From: Scenedesmus sp. PABB004
Taxonomy: Eukaryota
Direction of reading: 5' to 3'
DNA: 64,000 nt
Assembly (NCBI GenBank): GCA_014905635.1
Contig: JABVCE010000041.1
Span: forward strand, 1-64,000
In this document: positions 1 to 12,122 of the stretch, piece by piece
Position numbering within the stretch: the stretch's first letter is position 1
Layout of the letters: the number at the start of each line of letters is the position of its first letter
The notes under the pieces: generated by a model
Databases searched by the model: none
The model's input: the letters and a program-made list of their open reading frames with translations, nothing else
What the model was told of the DNA's origin: nothing
Position numbers and translations under genes: made by a program

Positions 1-990
1 GCTGAGGGCGCGCGGCAGCAGCAGCGCCGCGCGCGCCGGGGCGGCGGCGGGGCCCTGGCGCGTGCCGCCCTGGCGCGTGCCGCCCCCGCGGGCCGCGGCC
101 TCACCGCAGCACCTCGGTGTCGTGCGCCAGCAGGCCCGGCTGCAGCGTCGCGACGTCGCGCAGGTCGTCCAGCCGCACGCCGAGCAGCTTCGCCGCCGCG
201 CCGAGCCGGCGCGACAGCTCGCGCGGCGGCGCCGTGAGCAGGCGCGGCATGCGCGCCGCGACCGCCGCCGCGCTGTCGGGCGTCACGCCCAGCAGGCGCT
301 CCAGGCCGCGCACGCGCGTGCGGATCTCCTTTTCGCTGAGGCCGCCGAGGCCCGGCTCGCGCTCCAGCAGCGCGGCCGCGTCCTCGCCGTCCACGCCCAG
401 CGCCGCCGCCAGGCGCTCCGCGGCGGCCGCGGGGTCGGCCGCCGCCGCAGCGGCAGGCCGCTTCGGCGCCTTGGCTGGCTTGCCCGGCGGCGCAGCGGCG
501 CCGCCCGACGGCGCGTCGCCGGCGACGAGCTCGCGCAGCTCGCCCACCTTGTCGGCGCTCGCGTGCGGCGGGCGCTGCAGTGGGCCGACCGCCGGGTCCT
601 CGCCGCCGCCGCCGGCGCCGGCGACGAGCTGCTGCAGCCGCCCCAGGAGCGTGTGCTGCTGCTGCTGCGGCCGCCCCGCCTCGTGCGACGCGGGCGGCTG
701 CGGCTCCGCGAGCGCGGCCAGCGGCGGCACGGTCGCCTCGAGCGCCACCAGGCCCGCCACAAGCAGGCTGACGCCGCGGACCCAGCGCCGCGGCGGCGGC
801 TCCTGCGGCGGCGCCGGCGCCGGCTGCTGCTGCCGCTGCTGCTGCTGCTGCTGCTGCTGCGCGCGCCGGCGGCGGCGCGGCCTGCTGCTATGCGCGGCTG
901 CTTGATGCGAGGGCCCTGCAGCGCCACGCGGGCCGCCGGCAGCGACCGCGCGGGCTGCTGAGCCGCGGCGGCTGCGGGGGCGCGCGCCAT
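1..990 (-). CDS. mTERF-like helical repeat protein, probably plastid-targeted; partial (3' end runs off the window start)
   Basis: The frame of ORF 101..1390 reads LLEREPGLGGLSEKEIRTRVRGLERLLGV...AARMPRLLTAPPRELSRRL...ATLQPGLLAHDTEVL, with repeated xPxLL units as in mTERF repeats. GTGAG donor at about 104. The likely ATG at 990 is in a different frame, so a 1-nt indel or tiny intron lies near 860-885. Confidence 0.5.
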
Positions 991-1191
991 TCGAGCGCTG
1001 CCGCGGCGATCGCGACACTGTGTTGGCTGAACGAGAACGCAAAGCGCACCGCGCGACAGCGTCGTGGGCGTGCGAGAGGGGCGCGCCGGGGCACAGCACC
1101 AGGGCGCAGCGCCAGGCGGCGGCCGCCGCGGCTGCCGCCGTGCGCGTGCGCGCTCGGGCCGCGCGCACGCTCCCAGGGCCGCAGAGCCGCG

Positions 1192-1196
1192 TTACA
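1192..1196 (-). promoter_or_regulatory. TGTAA green-algal polyadenylation signal downstream of the kinase stop
   Basis: TTACA on the + strand just 3' of the stop at 1207. Similar sites: 13930 (+), 14111 (-), 27659 (+), 55231 (+), 60379 (+). Confidence 0.5.
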
Positions 1197-1206
1197 CGTC
1201 TCGTCA

Positions 1207-4200
1207 TCACGCGGGCGCGGCGGCCTGATGCGCCGCGGCCGCGTCGCTCGCGCGGCGGCGCGCGCTCATCGCGATGTCTGGGAACGCCGCGCCCGCGGCC
1301 TCCTCGCCCAGGGCTGCCAGGACGAGGCCGTTGAGCGCCTCCACCACCGCGGGCATGCCGGGGCGCGCCGCGGGGTCGGCCGCCCAGCACGCGCGCGCGA
1401 GCGCGGCGAGCCCGGGCGCGCAGCCCGGCGCAAAGCTGAGCAGGTCGGCGGTCGGGTGGCTGAGCTTGGCGGCCAGCAGCTGGCCGGGGTGCATGCCCAG
1501 GAACGGCGCCTGCGCGTGGCGGCGGCGGGAGCGGCGGCGGGCGGGGTGAGCGGCCGTGCGGCCGGCCGCAGCCCGCGCGCGCCGGGGCGCGCGCCGCACC
1601 TGGCCGGTGACCAGCTCCCAGAGCAGCACGCCCACGCTGTACACGTCGCTCGCCTTGCTCAGCGGCTCGCCGCGGATGAGCTCCGGCGCGGCGTGGCTCA
1701 GCGCGCCAAAGTGGGGCTGCGGGGGCCAGCCGCCGAGCGGCGCGCCGCTGCCGCCGGGGCTGCGCGGGCTGCCCGCGGCGGGCGTGGCGGCCGCGGCGGA
1801 GATGGCGTCCTGCACGCGGCTCAGGCCAAAGTCCGACACCTGGCGGCGGGCGGCGCGGCGCGCGGCGGCCTGCTCAGCGCGCGGCCGGCGGCGGCCGCGG
1901 CAGCCCGCGAAGGAAGCCGCGGACTGCGGCCCGCGCGCGCCCGCGGGCCGCGCCGCCGCCGCCGCTGCCGGCGCCGCACCTTGGCCACGAAGCCGCGCCC
2001 GTCCCAGGGCGTCGCGGGCGCGGCCTTGAGCAGGACGTTGGAGGACTTGAGGTCCCGTGCACCACGTCCATGCTGTGCAGGTAGCACACCGCCGCGGCGA
2101 CCTCCTTGGCCGTCGCGAGCACCGCCGCCTCGTCGCAGCCGGCGCCGCCGCGCGCGCGCCCGCGCCGCCGGCAAACGCGCCGCGCGCGAGCGCGGCCTGC
2201 AGCGTGCCGAGCTCGCACAGCTCCATAACGAGGTGCGTCTTCCAGCTCAGCCCGCCGCCGCCGCCGCGCCGGCGCCGCCGGCGCACCCCGGCGACCCCTG
2301 CAGCGCCGCCGCGCCCCCGGCGCCGCGCTCGCCGGCGAGCGCGACGGTGAAGGAGGTGAACAGCTGCACGATGTGAGGGTGCCGCAGGTTGGCGTTGAGC
2401 CACGACTCGTACTCGTGCGCCGCGAGCTCCAGCGCGACCGCCGCCTCGTGCGCCGCGAGCGCGAGCGGGCCGGCGGCGGCGCCGCCGCACTCGCCGCCAC
2501 CGCACTCGCCGCCGCCCAGCTGCCCCGCCGCCGCGGCCGCGCGCGGCCGCGGCCGGCGCCGCGCCGCGGCGGGCGCGCCGGCGTCCTGCGTACGCACGCG
2601 AATGACCTTGACGGCGACCACCGCGCCGCACCACACGCCGCGGTAGACCTCGCCGTACGAGCCGCGCCCGAGGCGGTCGATGAAGTCCACCTCGGGCAGG
2701 CTCGGCAGGCCGCCGGGGCAGGCGGCCTCGCCGCACGCGTCGGCGTCGGCGTCGGCGTCGCTGCCGCTGGAGCACGGCGAGCCGCAGCGGCAGGCCGCGT
2801 GCGGCGCGGGCGGCGCCGGCGGCGCCGGGGCGTCCGCGATCCGTGCGAGAAGGAGCAGTCGCAGAGCTCCAGCGACGCACCGCCGCTGCTCGCGCCGCCG
2901 TGGCTGGCGCCGCCGCCGCTGCACGCGCTGCAGTGCGACGCGAGCGGCGGCGCGAGGGCGACCGCGCCGCTGCTGCTGCGGCTGGTGCCGCAGCTGCCGC
3001 CGCCGAGCCGCGGCGGCCGCCCGCAGCCTCCCGCCTCCTCGCCCGCCGCGCTGCTGTGGCTGAGCCGGCTGGGGATGCTGCCGCTGCTGAGCCGGCTGCT
3101 GCGCCGCCGCGCGCGCCGGCAGCCCCGGGGCTGCCCGCCGCCGGCGCGCGCGGCACCTGGCGCCGTCGGCGCCGCCCGGCAGGCTGAGGCTGCCGGCGAT
3201 GGGCCAGGCGACGGGCGGCGCGCCGGCGGCGCTGCTGGGCGGCGGCGACGGCATGCTCGCGCTGCGCGCCATGGCCCGGCAGCCAAGCGCCGGGCCGCCG
3301 CCGCCGCCGCCGCCGCCGCCGCGCGCCGGCCCGCTCACGGGCCGGCTGAGGCCGCCGGCCGCGGGCGGCGCCCCGTCCGCCTCGTCCGCCGCCTCGTCCG
3401 GGCCGGCCTCGGCGCTCGCGGCGTCTGAGCTGCAGCTGCAGCTCAGGCTGCTGCTGCTGAGCTCGCCGCTGCCCGCTCCCGCCAGGCAGCTGCCGCCCGC
3501 GCCGCCGCTCACGCGCAGCACGAGGCGCGGCACGGGCGGCGCGCCCGCCCGTGCCCTGTGCCGCGCGCCGTAGCGCTGCCTCGCGCTGGCGTCTGGCGGC
3601 GACGCCGCCGCCTCTGCCGCCGCCGGGCCGGCGGCCGGCGGCGCGCCCTCGGCGAGCACCGCCCTGGCCGCCTCGCCCCAGCCGGCCATCAGCGCGTCCA
3701 CCGCGGCGGCCCTGTCGGCCGCCGGCCGCGCCGCCGGGCGCTGCCGTCGGGCGCGGCGGGCCGGCTGGAGGTGCTGCTGCGCCGCCGGCCGTCCGCCGCG
3801 GCCGGCAGCTCGCTGCAGTCGTCCGCGCTCGCGTAGCCACGCTGCTGCCGCGCCTGCAGCGGGCTCGGCCGGTACGCGCCGCCGCCGCCGCCGCCGCGCC
3901 GCTGGCTCGTGGCTGCAGCGGCCAAAGGGCTGCCGGTGCCGCGCGCCCGCGGCCTCGTCGGCGGCGCCGCCCGCCGCGGCGGCGCCGTGCGCCGCGAGCG
4001 GGCTGCCCGGGCAGGACATGGCCGACGCGGCGCCGCCGTCGCGGCCGCCGCGCGGCGAGGCAAAGGGCGAGCCCCGGAACGGCGACGCGCGGCCGGGGTG
4101 GTTGAGCGGGCTCGTGGCGGTGCAGTAGGTGAAGCGCAGCAGCTTGGCGTGCGCGGGCCCCACGCGGCGCTGAGCACGTTGCCGGCGTTAACCTCGCGCA

Positions 4201-5807
4201 TGGACTCGTCGTCCGAGCCGGCCGACGCGAGCAGCAGCTCGTCAGCAAGCCCGCTGTCCGCCCGGCCGAGCCACGACGCCGAGCCGAGCGGGCGGTCCAT
4301 CGCCGGCACGCTGCCAAAGAGCGAGCGCGCGCACGCCGGCGGCGGCGGCGCGCCGCGCCGCGCGACGGCGTCGAGCGAGGGCGTGCTGTGGCTGTGGCTG
4401 AGCGGCGTGGCGGAGCAGACGCTGCTGTGCGAGTAGGGCGTGCTGCGTGCGCTGCCGCTGTCCGCGCCGCCGCCCGCCGCGAGCGCCGCCGCCACCTCGG
4501 CCAGGCTAGCGGGGCCCGAGGGGCCGCTGTGCGTGCGCCACACGCTGCCCCCGCCGCCGCAGGGCGAGCCCGCCTCGGAGCGGCTGCTGCGGCCGTGGAA
4601 CAGCGAGGCGTGCCGCCGGCGGTCCCACAGCCGCCACCGCTGCGGCTGCGGCTGCCGCGGCTGCTGCGGCTGCTGCGGCTGCGGCTGCTGCGGCTGGCCA
4701 GCGCTGAGCGCTGCCGTGCCGCCACGGTAGCGCGGGCTGCCGCCGCGCTTGCTCGCGGCGCCCGCCGCCGCGAGCGCCGCGCCGGGCGGCCACGCCGGCC
4801 CGCTGCCGCTGCTGCAGGTGGGTGAGTCCTCGCCCACCAGGAAGAATCCGCTGCCGCTGCCGTCCGAGCCGCTGCGGCGCCCGCCGACGCGCAGCCGCGC
4901 CAGCCCCACCGGCGCGGCCAGCTCGTCCGCGCCGAGGCTGCTGCAGCTGGCGGTGCCGTCGACGCTGCCGCCCGGCAGCTCGCCCGAGCTGCGCCATGCG
5001 GGGGCGAGCGGGCTGCCGCCGCAGCCGCCGCCGCCGCCGCCGCCGGCCGCGGGCGGCGGCGCGTCGCCAAAGATGGCCGAATAAAGGTCCTCCATCGAGC
5101 CCAGCAGCGCGCCGCCGCCGCGGGCCGGGCCGCCAGCGCCGCGCGGCGGCGCGGGGCTCGCCAGCGAGGCGTAGCAGCAGCTCTGCGGCGCCGCGCCGCC
5201 GCCCGGCGCGCCCGCGCCGTCCCGGATGCTGCCGCTGCTGCTGCGCTGGCTGGCGGGGCAGGGCGGCGGCAGCCCGAGCCGCCACCGCCGGCGCCGGCGC
5301 CGCCACCGCTCAGCTGCCAGCACGGCAGGCCCGGGTCCGACAGGGCGCCGTGCGCAGCGCGAGCCGCGGCGTCGCGCTCGCCGCCCGCCGCCGCCGCCGC
5401 CTGTGCGGCCGTGTCAGAGGCCGCCGTGACGATGCCGGATCCCGATCCCTGCTGCTGCTGCAGCGTCCGGGGTGGCTCCTGGGCCTGCGCGCCGGGTGCG
5501 GTGCGCGGCGCGGGCGCAGGCGGTACGATCGGCCGCCGCGGCGGCCCGCGGTCGGCGCCGGCGCGGCAGCGCCCGCGCGCGCGGCTGCGGTCTGCGATTG
5601 CGCAACGCTGCGACTCGCGCGGCTCGCGGAGGCCGCACGGGTGCCATTCCCGGGACGGCAGCACTGCTGCCCGGCTGGCGCTCGCACCCGGTGCTCCGCT
5701 GGGGCGCCATGCTTCTTCCAAATGCTGGTGAGCACGCCCTTGAGCTTGGGGCCGGGGCTGGCGAGCTCAGCTTGTGCCTGCGGCACGGAGCGGCGGCGAG
5801 CGCGCAT
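1207..5807 (-). CDS. Ser/Thr protein kinase of the TKL/Raf-like class with a long low-complexity N-terminus; several apparent frameshifts
   Basis: Kinase motifs occur in order across frames: LGRGSYGEVYRGVWCGAVVAVKV, LRHPHIVQLF, LVMELCELGTL, YLHSMDVVHG/DLKSSNVLL, AK|VSDFGLSR, HAAPELIRG..SKASDVYSVGVLLWEL, CWAADPAARP. Introns at about 1510-1599 and 1839-1979. The start ATG at 5807 is tentative. Confidence 0.8.
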
Positions 5808-6241
5808 GGCCGCCCGGCCAGCGCCGCGCCCCCCGGGAGCTGGCCGCTGCGCCCAGGCGCGCCAGGTCCGTTTCAAGGCCGCTGCTGCGTCGCGGGCAGC
5901 CCTGGCGCGCTACGCCGGCCATTTGACTGCAGCGGCGCGCCCGCGCCCGCACCATGGCCTCCCACGCCCATGGCCTCCCTCGCCGAGCGGGCTGTGCGCT
6001 GGTACTGCGGCGGGCGGGGAGGCTGCGGCGGCGCGCTGACTGCGGGCCCTGGCGGGCGGCGGGGCGGTCGTACGGCGCGGCGGCGTTGAGAGCTGTTGGC
6101 GGCGGTTGCCGCGCGCCGCCGGACGGATCGCCGCCAGCACGCTTGCAGAAAACACAGGCCCGCGCGAGCGCCGCGTTCAGGCGGTCGCAGGGCGGCGGTG
6201 CGCTCGTAACACGCCGCGCGCCACTCGTCCCGGGCGCGGCC

Positions 6242-9200
6242 TCAGGACGACAGCGTCCCCAGCCGGCGCGCCTTGACCATGTTGCGCCACTTGTCCTTCA
6301 GGTCCACCTGCGCGCGGGGGCGCACCGTCACGTCACGCGCCACGCGGGCGAGCGGCGCGGCGGCCGCCGCGTGCTGCGCCGGCGCCCGGGCGCCCCGGCG
6401 CGCGCACAGCGCGCGCCGCGCACCGGCGTGCGGCTGGCCGAGAAGCCCTCGCCGCCGGCGGCGCGGATGCTGCTCCAGTTGCCGACGCCGTGCTCCTCCA
6501 CCAGCTGCTCCAGCAGCTCCTCCTCGCTCGGCGTCCAGCGCTTGGTCTGGCGGCGCTTGCCGAGGCCGAGGCTGGCGCGCGCGCTCGGCGCCGCGGGCGG
6601 CAGGCCGGCGCGGCCCGCCGGCGAGGCGGCTGCCGGCCGGGCGGCGTCCCCTGCGCGCGCCCGGCCGCCGTCGCTGCTGCTGCTCGCGCCCGCGCCCTCC
6701 GCCTCTGCGGCGGCCGCCGCGTCGGCCTGCGCCTTGCCGATGCGCTTGGCGGCGGCCGCCGCCGCGGCCAGGGTGGAGCCCGCCGCCGCGTCGGCCGGCC
6801 GCCTGGGGCCGCGCACGCCGGGCGACTCCTGCGCGGGCCGCAGCAGGCGGGGGGAGGGGGGGGGTGTGAGGCGGCCGCGCGCACGCCTTCGCCGCGGCCC
6901 GCAGCCGCCGGCCCCGCCCGGCCTAGCCCCGCCGCGCCGTGCCGCGCACCTCGATGCCGGCACCCCCAGACAGGCTGCTGGTCCACTGCATGGTGCGCCC
7001 CTTGGGCGCAGCGCCGCCGGCCTTGCCCGCGCCGCACAGCACGCGGCCCTTGGCCTTCTGCGCGGCGGGCTCCTCGCCGCCCAGCTCCGCGTCGGCGCGG
7101 CGCCGCTTGCGGCCCGGCTCCTTGCCGCGCTGCATGGGCGACGTGTCGGCGGGCCCGCCCTGCGCCGACTCCCAGCTGTCATCGCTGCTCTCGGCGGGCG
7201 CGGCGCCAAACCTGAACTCAGAGCCCGAGCCGCCGGCCGCGGCAGCGGGCGCGGCCTCGGCCTCACCGCTGAGCTCCGCGGCGGGCTCAGCTGCGGCCTC
7301 TGCGGCAGGCTCCGCGGCGGGCTCAGCGGCGGGCTCCGCGGGGGGCTCAGCGGCGGCCTCCGCGGCGGGCTCCGCCGGCTCCGCGGCCGCGGCGCCCTTG
7401 CGGCCACGGGCCGGCCTGCCGCTCTTCTTGCCCTTGCCGGCCGCCGGCTGAGCCGCTGCTGCCCGCGTGGCCTTGCGCCGCCCGCCGGCGCGCGTGACGG
7501 GCGACGCGGGCGCCGCCTCGGCAGGCGCCTCCTCCTCCTCCGCCTCTGCCGCCGCCTCCTCGGCGGCCGGCGCGGGCGCCGCTGCCGCTTTGCCCTTCTT
7601 CTTGGCGGCGGCGTCGCCCTTGCCAGGCGGCTCGCCGGCCTGCCGCGCAGACTTGCGCGCCGCCACGGTGGGGTGCAGGTCCAGCTTGGAGCGCGCGGGG
7701 GGCGCCGCGGCTGCGTCGCCGCCACGCCTGCGCGGCGCAGTGCGGCGGGAGGGGGGCTTGAGCCCAGCGCGCATGCGGGGAGCAGCCGCGACGCCCCCGA
7801 GCCCGCGACGCGCAGCTGCGAGCGGCTGGCAGCGCACCGCTTGCCCTTGCCCCCGGAGCCGGCCGCGGCGGGCGCGTCGCCGACCGGAGACGGCAGCGAC
7901 GAGGGGCTGTGCTGCCGCTGCGCGGCGGGCGCCTCTGCGGTAGCGGGCGGGGCGCTCAGCGCGGCGCTGGCGGCACGGCGCGGAGCAAACTGCTGCGAGC
8001 CCCGGCGCCGCCACCTGCCCGCGCAGTCACCTGTGGTGCTGGGCGGCAGCGCCCCCTCGTGCTCCGCCGCTGCGCTGTCAGGGATGACCAGCTCCACCTG
8101 GCTGCCGTCCGCCGCCGCCGCCGCAGCCGCCGCAGCCGCCGCAGCCGCGCCGTCGCCCGCAGGCGCCGCGGCCCGCGCCGCGGCACGCCGGCCGGCGCCC
8201 TGCGCAGGCGCCGCCGGCACCGCCCGCTGCTGCTCCTCGCCGTCCGGCAGCGAGCCCTGCTGCTCCCGCTGCTGGCCCGCCGCCGCCGCCGCCGCCACGG
8301 GCTCGCTGCTCGGGGGCGCGCCGCCGTCCCCCTGCAGGAACGCGAGGAAGGGCTCGCCGGGCAGCTTGCGCCGGCCCGCGTGCACCGCCGCCTGGTGCAG
8401 CTGCGGCGGCGCAGCGCCGGCGGCGGCGCCGGCGGCGGCAGCGTCGGCGCGCGGGCTGGCGCGGGCGACCCCCCCCCCCCCCCCGGGCCGTTGCCGGGCT
8501 GGCGCGCGGCGCGGGCGCAGCACCCACCCCCGCGCGCACCTGCAGCGTGGAGGGGCCGAGCGCGTCCCACGCGGCGGCCGCGTACGCGGCGAGCGCGGCC
8601 GCCAGCTTGCGCTCGCTGTTGGGGAAGGCCGCCTCCACGCGCGCGATGTCACTGGAGTTGTTTGGCACGAACGACCCCGCCGCGAGCGCCGCTCGCAGCC
8701 GCTCGACCTCGGCGCGGAGCGCCGCGCAGCCCGCGAGGTGCTGCAGCCCGTCGTGCGCGAGCGCCGCCTCGAGCTGCGGCAGCACCTCCCTCGCCGCCAC
8801 CGCGGCGGGCTGGCCCTCCGTCCAGGCCTGCTCGTAGCTGTACAGCAGCGAGTGCACGACCGCCTGGCGCGGCGCGCGGCGGCGGCGCGGCAGCGGGGGC
8901 GGCGCGGCGCGGTCGGCAACGCCCCCGCCGCGGGCGCGCGCCCGCGGCCGCTCCGGGCGCCCCTGTCCCGCGCCGCTCCGCTGGGGCGGCACGCACCTGC
9001 ACCAGCAGCGCCTCTGGCGGCGCGAGCGCCGCGGCGGCGCCGGCGTCGCGGAACAGCTCGCCCCGCCCTGCCGCGATCACGCGCAGCCAGCCCAGCGCGG
9101 GCAGCAGGTCGGCGTCCTCCGCCATGTTTCTCTTGCGCAGCATGCGCAGCAGCACGCGGGCGGTGACGGGCGGGGGCATGCTGCCCCGGCCCTCGCCGGG

Positions 9201-9305
9201 CATGTCGGGGAACTGGTCGCCAAAGTGGTGCACGACCTCGTCATCCACGCCCGGCACGCACAGCAGGTGCTCATACCACCACCAGTCCGCCAGGCAGGCC
9301 TGCAT
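6242..9305 (-). CDS. Telomere-repeat-binding-factor-like (TRFL) protein with a C-terminal telobox Myb domain
   Basis: The spliced C-terminus KRRQTKRWTPSEEELLEQLVEEHGVGNWSSI...SRTP|VDLKDKWRNMVK contains the telobox LKDKWRN signature. N-terminal helical exon starts MQACLADWWWYEHLL... and is followed by an Ala/Glu/Pro-rich linker. Confidence 0.85.
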
Positions 9306-9763
9306 CGCGCCGGGGCGCGACACGTTGGTGAGGCCGCGCGCCCGGGCACGCCGGAAGCCGCCCGGCAGCGGGCGCGCGGTCGGGAGGTCGGGAGGGAGAG
9401 AGGGCGCAACTGGCCGCGCGGCCGGGCCGCCTGCGGGCCACCACGCGGCGCGCGCAACCGCGGCGGCGGTGCAGCGGGCACGACGGCCCGCCCGTCTGCC
9501 TTCGGCGGCATCGCAAAGGCCAGCGCACCCCGCGCACGGGAAGCAGAGCACCAGGCTCGGCGCCGCCGCAGCGACACGCTCGGTCCTAGCGGGCCTGGCT
9601 GAGGGGTCAACGCTGCGCCGCCGGTCTCGCGCCCGCTGCTCGCGCCGCCGCGGAGAGACCGGAGCCGCGCGCGCCACCCCAGCAGCGCCAGCCGCAGCAC
9701 AAGCATCAGCAGCACCTCCAGCAGCGGCAGCAGCATCCCCGGCGCCGAGCCGCGCGCGGCGCG

Positions 9764-11889
9764 ATGCGGCCGGCGCGCGGCGGCGTGCAGCTGCTGCTCT
9801 GCGGCGCGCTGCTGCTGGCGGCCGCGGCGCGTGGCGGCGCGGGCGCCGCGCTGGGCGAGGTCTTCAAGTACGGCGACGACCCCGAGGGCGGCGGACCCGC
9901 GGTGCGCCCCTGGCGGCGACCGCCGCCGCGGCCGCCGCCGCCGCGCGCCAGCGAGCGCGCACGTGGCCGGCGGCGCGCAGGTCGGGGGCACGCACTGGAC
10001 GTACGACCAAGCCGGCGCCGACTGGGAGGGCCGCGACGCCGCGGGAGCGCCGTGGGTGTGCCTCACGGGCACGCAGCAGAGCCCCGTCAACCTGGCGCCC
10101 GCCGCCGCGGCGCCCCTGGCGCACGCTGCGCGCTTTTCCCTCGGCGCGCTCCCCTCCAACGGCTCCAACGTGGCCGTGGCCAACACGGGGCACAGCGTGC
10201 AGGTCTTCTGGGACGACGACGCGTTTGCGCCGCGGCTGACCGTCCCGATAGCAGGTGGCGAGCCCCGCCGGCAGCGCTCGCCGGCTGGCGGCGCGGCACG
10301 GCGCGGCGCGGCCGTCCCACCGCGCCCTCGTCCCAACACGCCCCCGGCCCGGCCCGGCCGCCTGCGCCGCTGCGCGCCCGGCTGCCATGCAGAGGGCCAG
10401 CCGCTGACGAGCCACGTGGAGCTGCGCGACGGCAGCCGCGTCGCCGCCGCGACCGCTATGCCTCTGCAGGCCCACTTCCACACGCAGAGCGAGCACCTGG
10501 TGGATGGTGAGGCGCGCGCACGCGCCTCCTGTGCGGCGGCCGGCCCGCGCGCGCGCGTGAGCGGCCGCCCCCGCTGCGCCGCGCCGCGCCGCAGGCCGCC
10601 TCTTTCCCCTCGAGGCCCACCTGGTGTCGCGCGCGAAGCTGCCCGCCTGCCCGCCCGGCGGCTGCCTCGTCATCACGGGTGGGGCGCCCCGCCGCGCTGC
10701 GGCGCCGGGTGGCGCGCGGGCAAGCCTGCTGCTCGCCGCCGCCCGACGCCGCGTGCCCCCCGCCGCCGCCCGCCTGCCCGCGTCTCACCTCGGACAGCTG
10801 TGCTGTTTGAGCTGGACCCAGACATGGATGCCGACAACGCCTGGCTGGCTCCCCTGTTCGAGGCCATGCCGATGCACGAGGGGGTGCGCGCGCGGAGCGC
10901 CCAGCGCCCGCTGCACCGCGCGACGTGCCCAGCTCCTGCAGCGCCGCCGCTGACCGCCGGCCGCCGCGCCGCTCCGCGGCGCCGCCGCCGCAGGAGGTCG
11001 CGCACCTGCCGGCGGGCACGCGCTTCGACCTGCAGGCGCTGCTGCCCGCCGGCGACGACGTGCCGTCGTACCTGGCTTATTCGGGCAGCCTGACCACGCC
11101 GCCGTGCAGCGAGGGCGTGCTCTGGCTCGTGATGCTCACGCCGCAGCGCCTCTCGCTGCGCCAGGTGGGGCGCACGGGGCGCGCCGCCGCCGCCCGCCCG
11201 CGGCGCGCGCCGGCTGCGCACGCCGGGGCACCTCCGACTCGGGGCCGCGTCTGCCGTTTGCGCCGCAGTGGCGGGCGTTCGGCAGGGCGGTGGGTGACTA
11301 CAACTGCACGCTCGCGCCGGAGCCGGCGCCGGGCGTCGGCGGCGCGGGGCCCGGCGCGAGCGCTGCCGGCGCCGCCACGCGCCGCGCGCTGCTGCAGTCG
11401 GGCGGGCGGCCGTCGCCGGCGGCGCTCGCGCGCGCGCGCCGCCGCCGCCTGCAGGCGCCCGCGGCCGCGGCCGCGCCGCGCGAGCGCTTTGCCTGCGACA
11501 AGCTCGGCGCGGGCGCCAACTTCAGGCTCCCGCAGCCCCTGCAAGGCCGCGCGGTGCGCGCGTGGCTGCCGCCCGCGGCCGCGGGCGCCGGCAAGAAGGG
11601 GGGCCTGCTCCCGGGCGACGCCGCGACCGCCGCGAGCGCCGGCGCGGTCGCGGGCATCGTGCTCGGCGTCACGCTCGGCGCCGGCCTCACCGCGCTCGCG
11701 GGCTACGTCGGCTGGCGGACGTGGAGCCGGCGCCGCGTCGCCAAGATGCACCGCCTGGGCGCGGGGCTGGCGAGCGACATGGCGGCGGTGACGCAGGAGG
11801 TCGAGGCGCAGTGGCTCGTCGGCGGCGCGGGCGCCGGCGGCGGCAGCGCGCCCGTCGCGCGGCTGAGCCGCGGCGGCGGCGCCCTGTGA
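9764..11889 (+). CDS. Alpha-carbonic anhydrase with a signal peptide and a C-terminal transmembrane helix
   Basis: Motifs HWTY...W...C..G.QQSPVNL, NTGHSVQV, QAHFHTQSEHLVDG, PLEAHLV (three Zn-binding His), Y.GSLTTPPCSEGVLW and NFRLPQPLQGRAV. TM segment AVAGIVLGVTLGAGLTALAGYVGW is followed by basic residues. About 6 GT-AG introns. Confidence 0.92.
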
Positions 11890-12122
11890 GACGCTCGACC
11901 GCGTGCTGCTCTCTCTGCGCTGCGCTGCGTGCTGCTCTCTGCGCTGCATCGTCTCTGCCGCGCCGCGGGTGTGACGGCAGCAGCGCGCGGAGTGACGGCT
12001 TTGTCAAGGTCGCAGCATCTCTTGAGCCGCGCCCCGCCGACCCATACCCTCGGAGCTCCGACGCGCGCCCAGCGCAGACGCAGCATCAGCGCGGACAGCA
12101 GCGGGAGCTGCAGGCACCCGCG

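Noticed and set aside
858..882. Possible 25-nt GC-AG micro-intron restoring the frame of the mTERF-like gene
   Set aside because: It is far shorter than other introns here (about 80-280 nt). A 1-nt assembly indel explains the frame change equally well.
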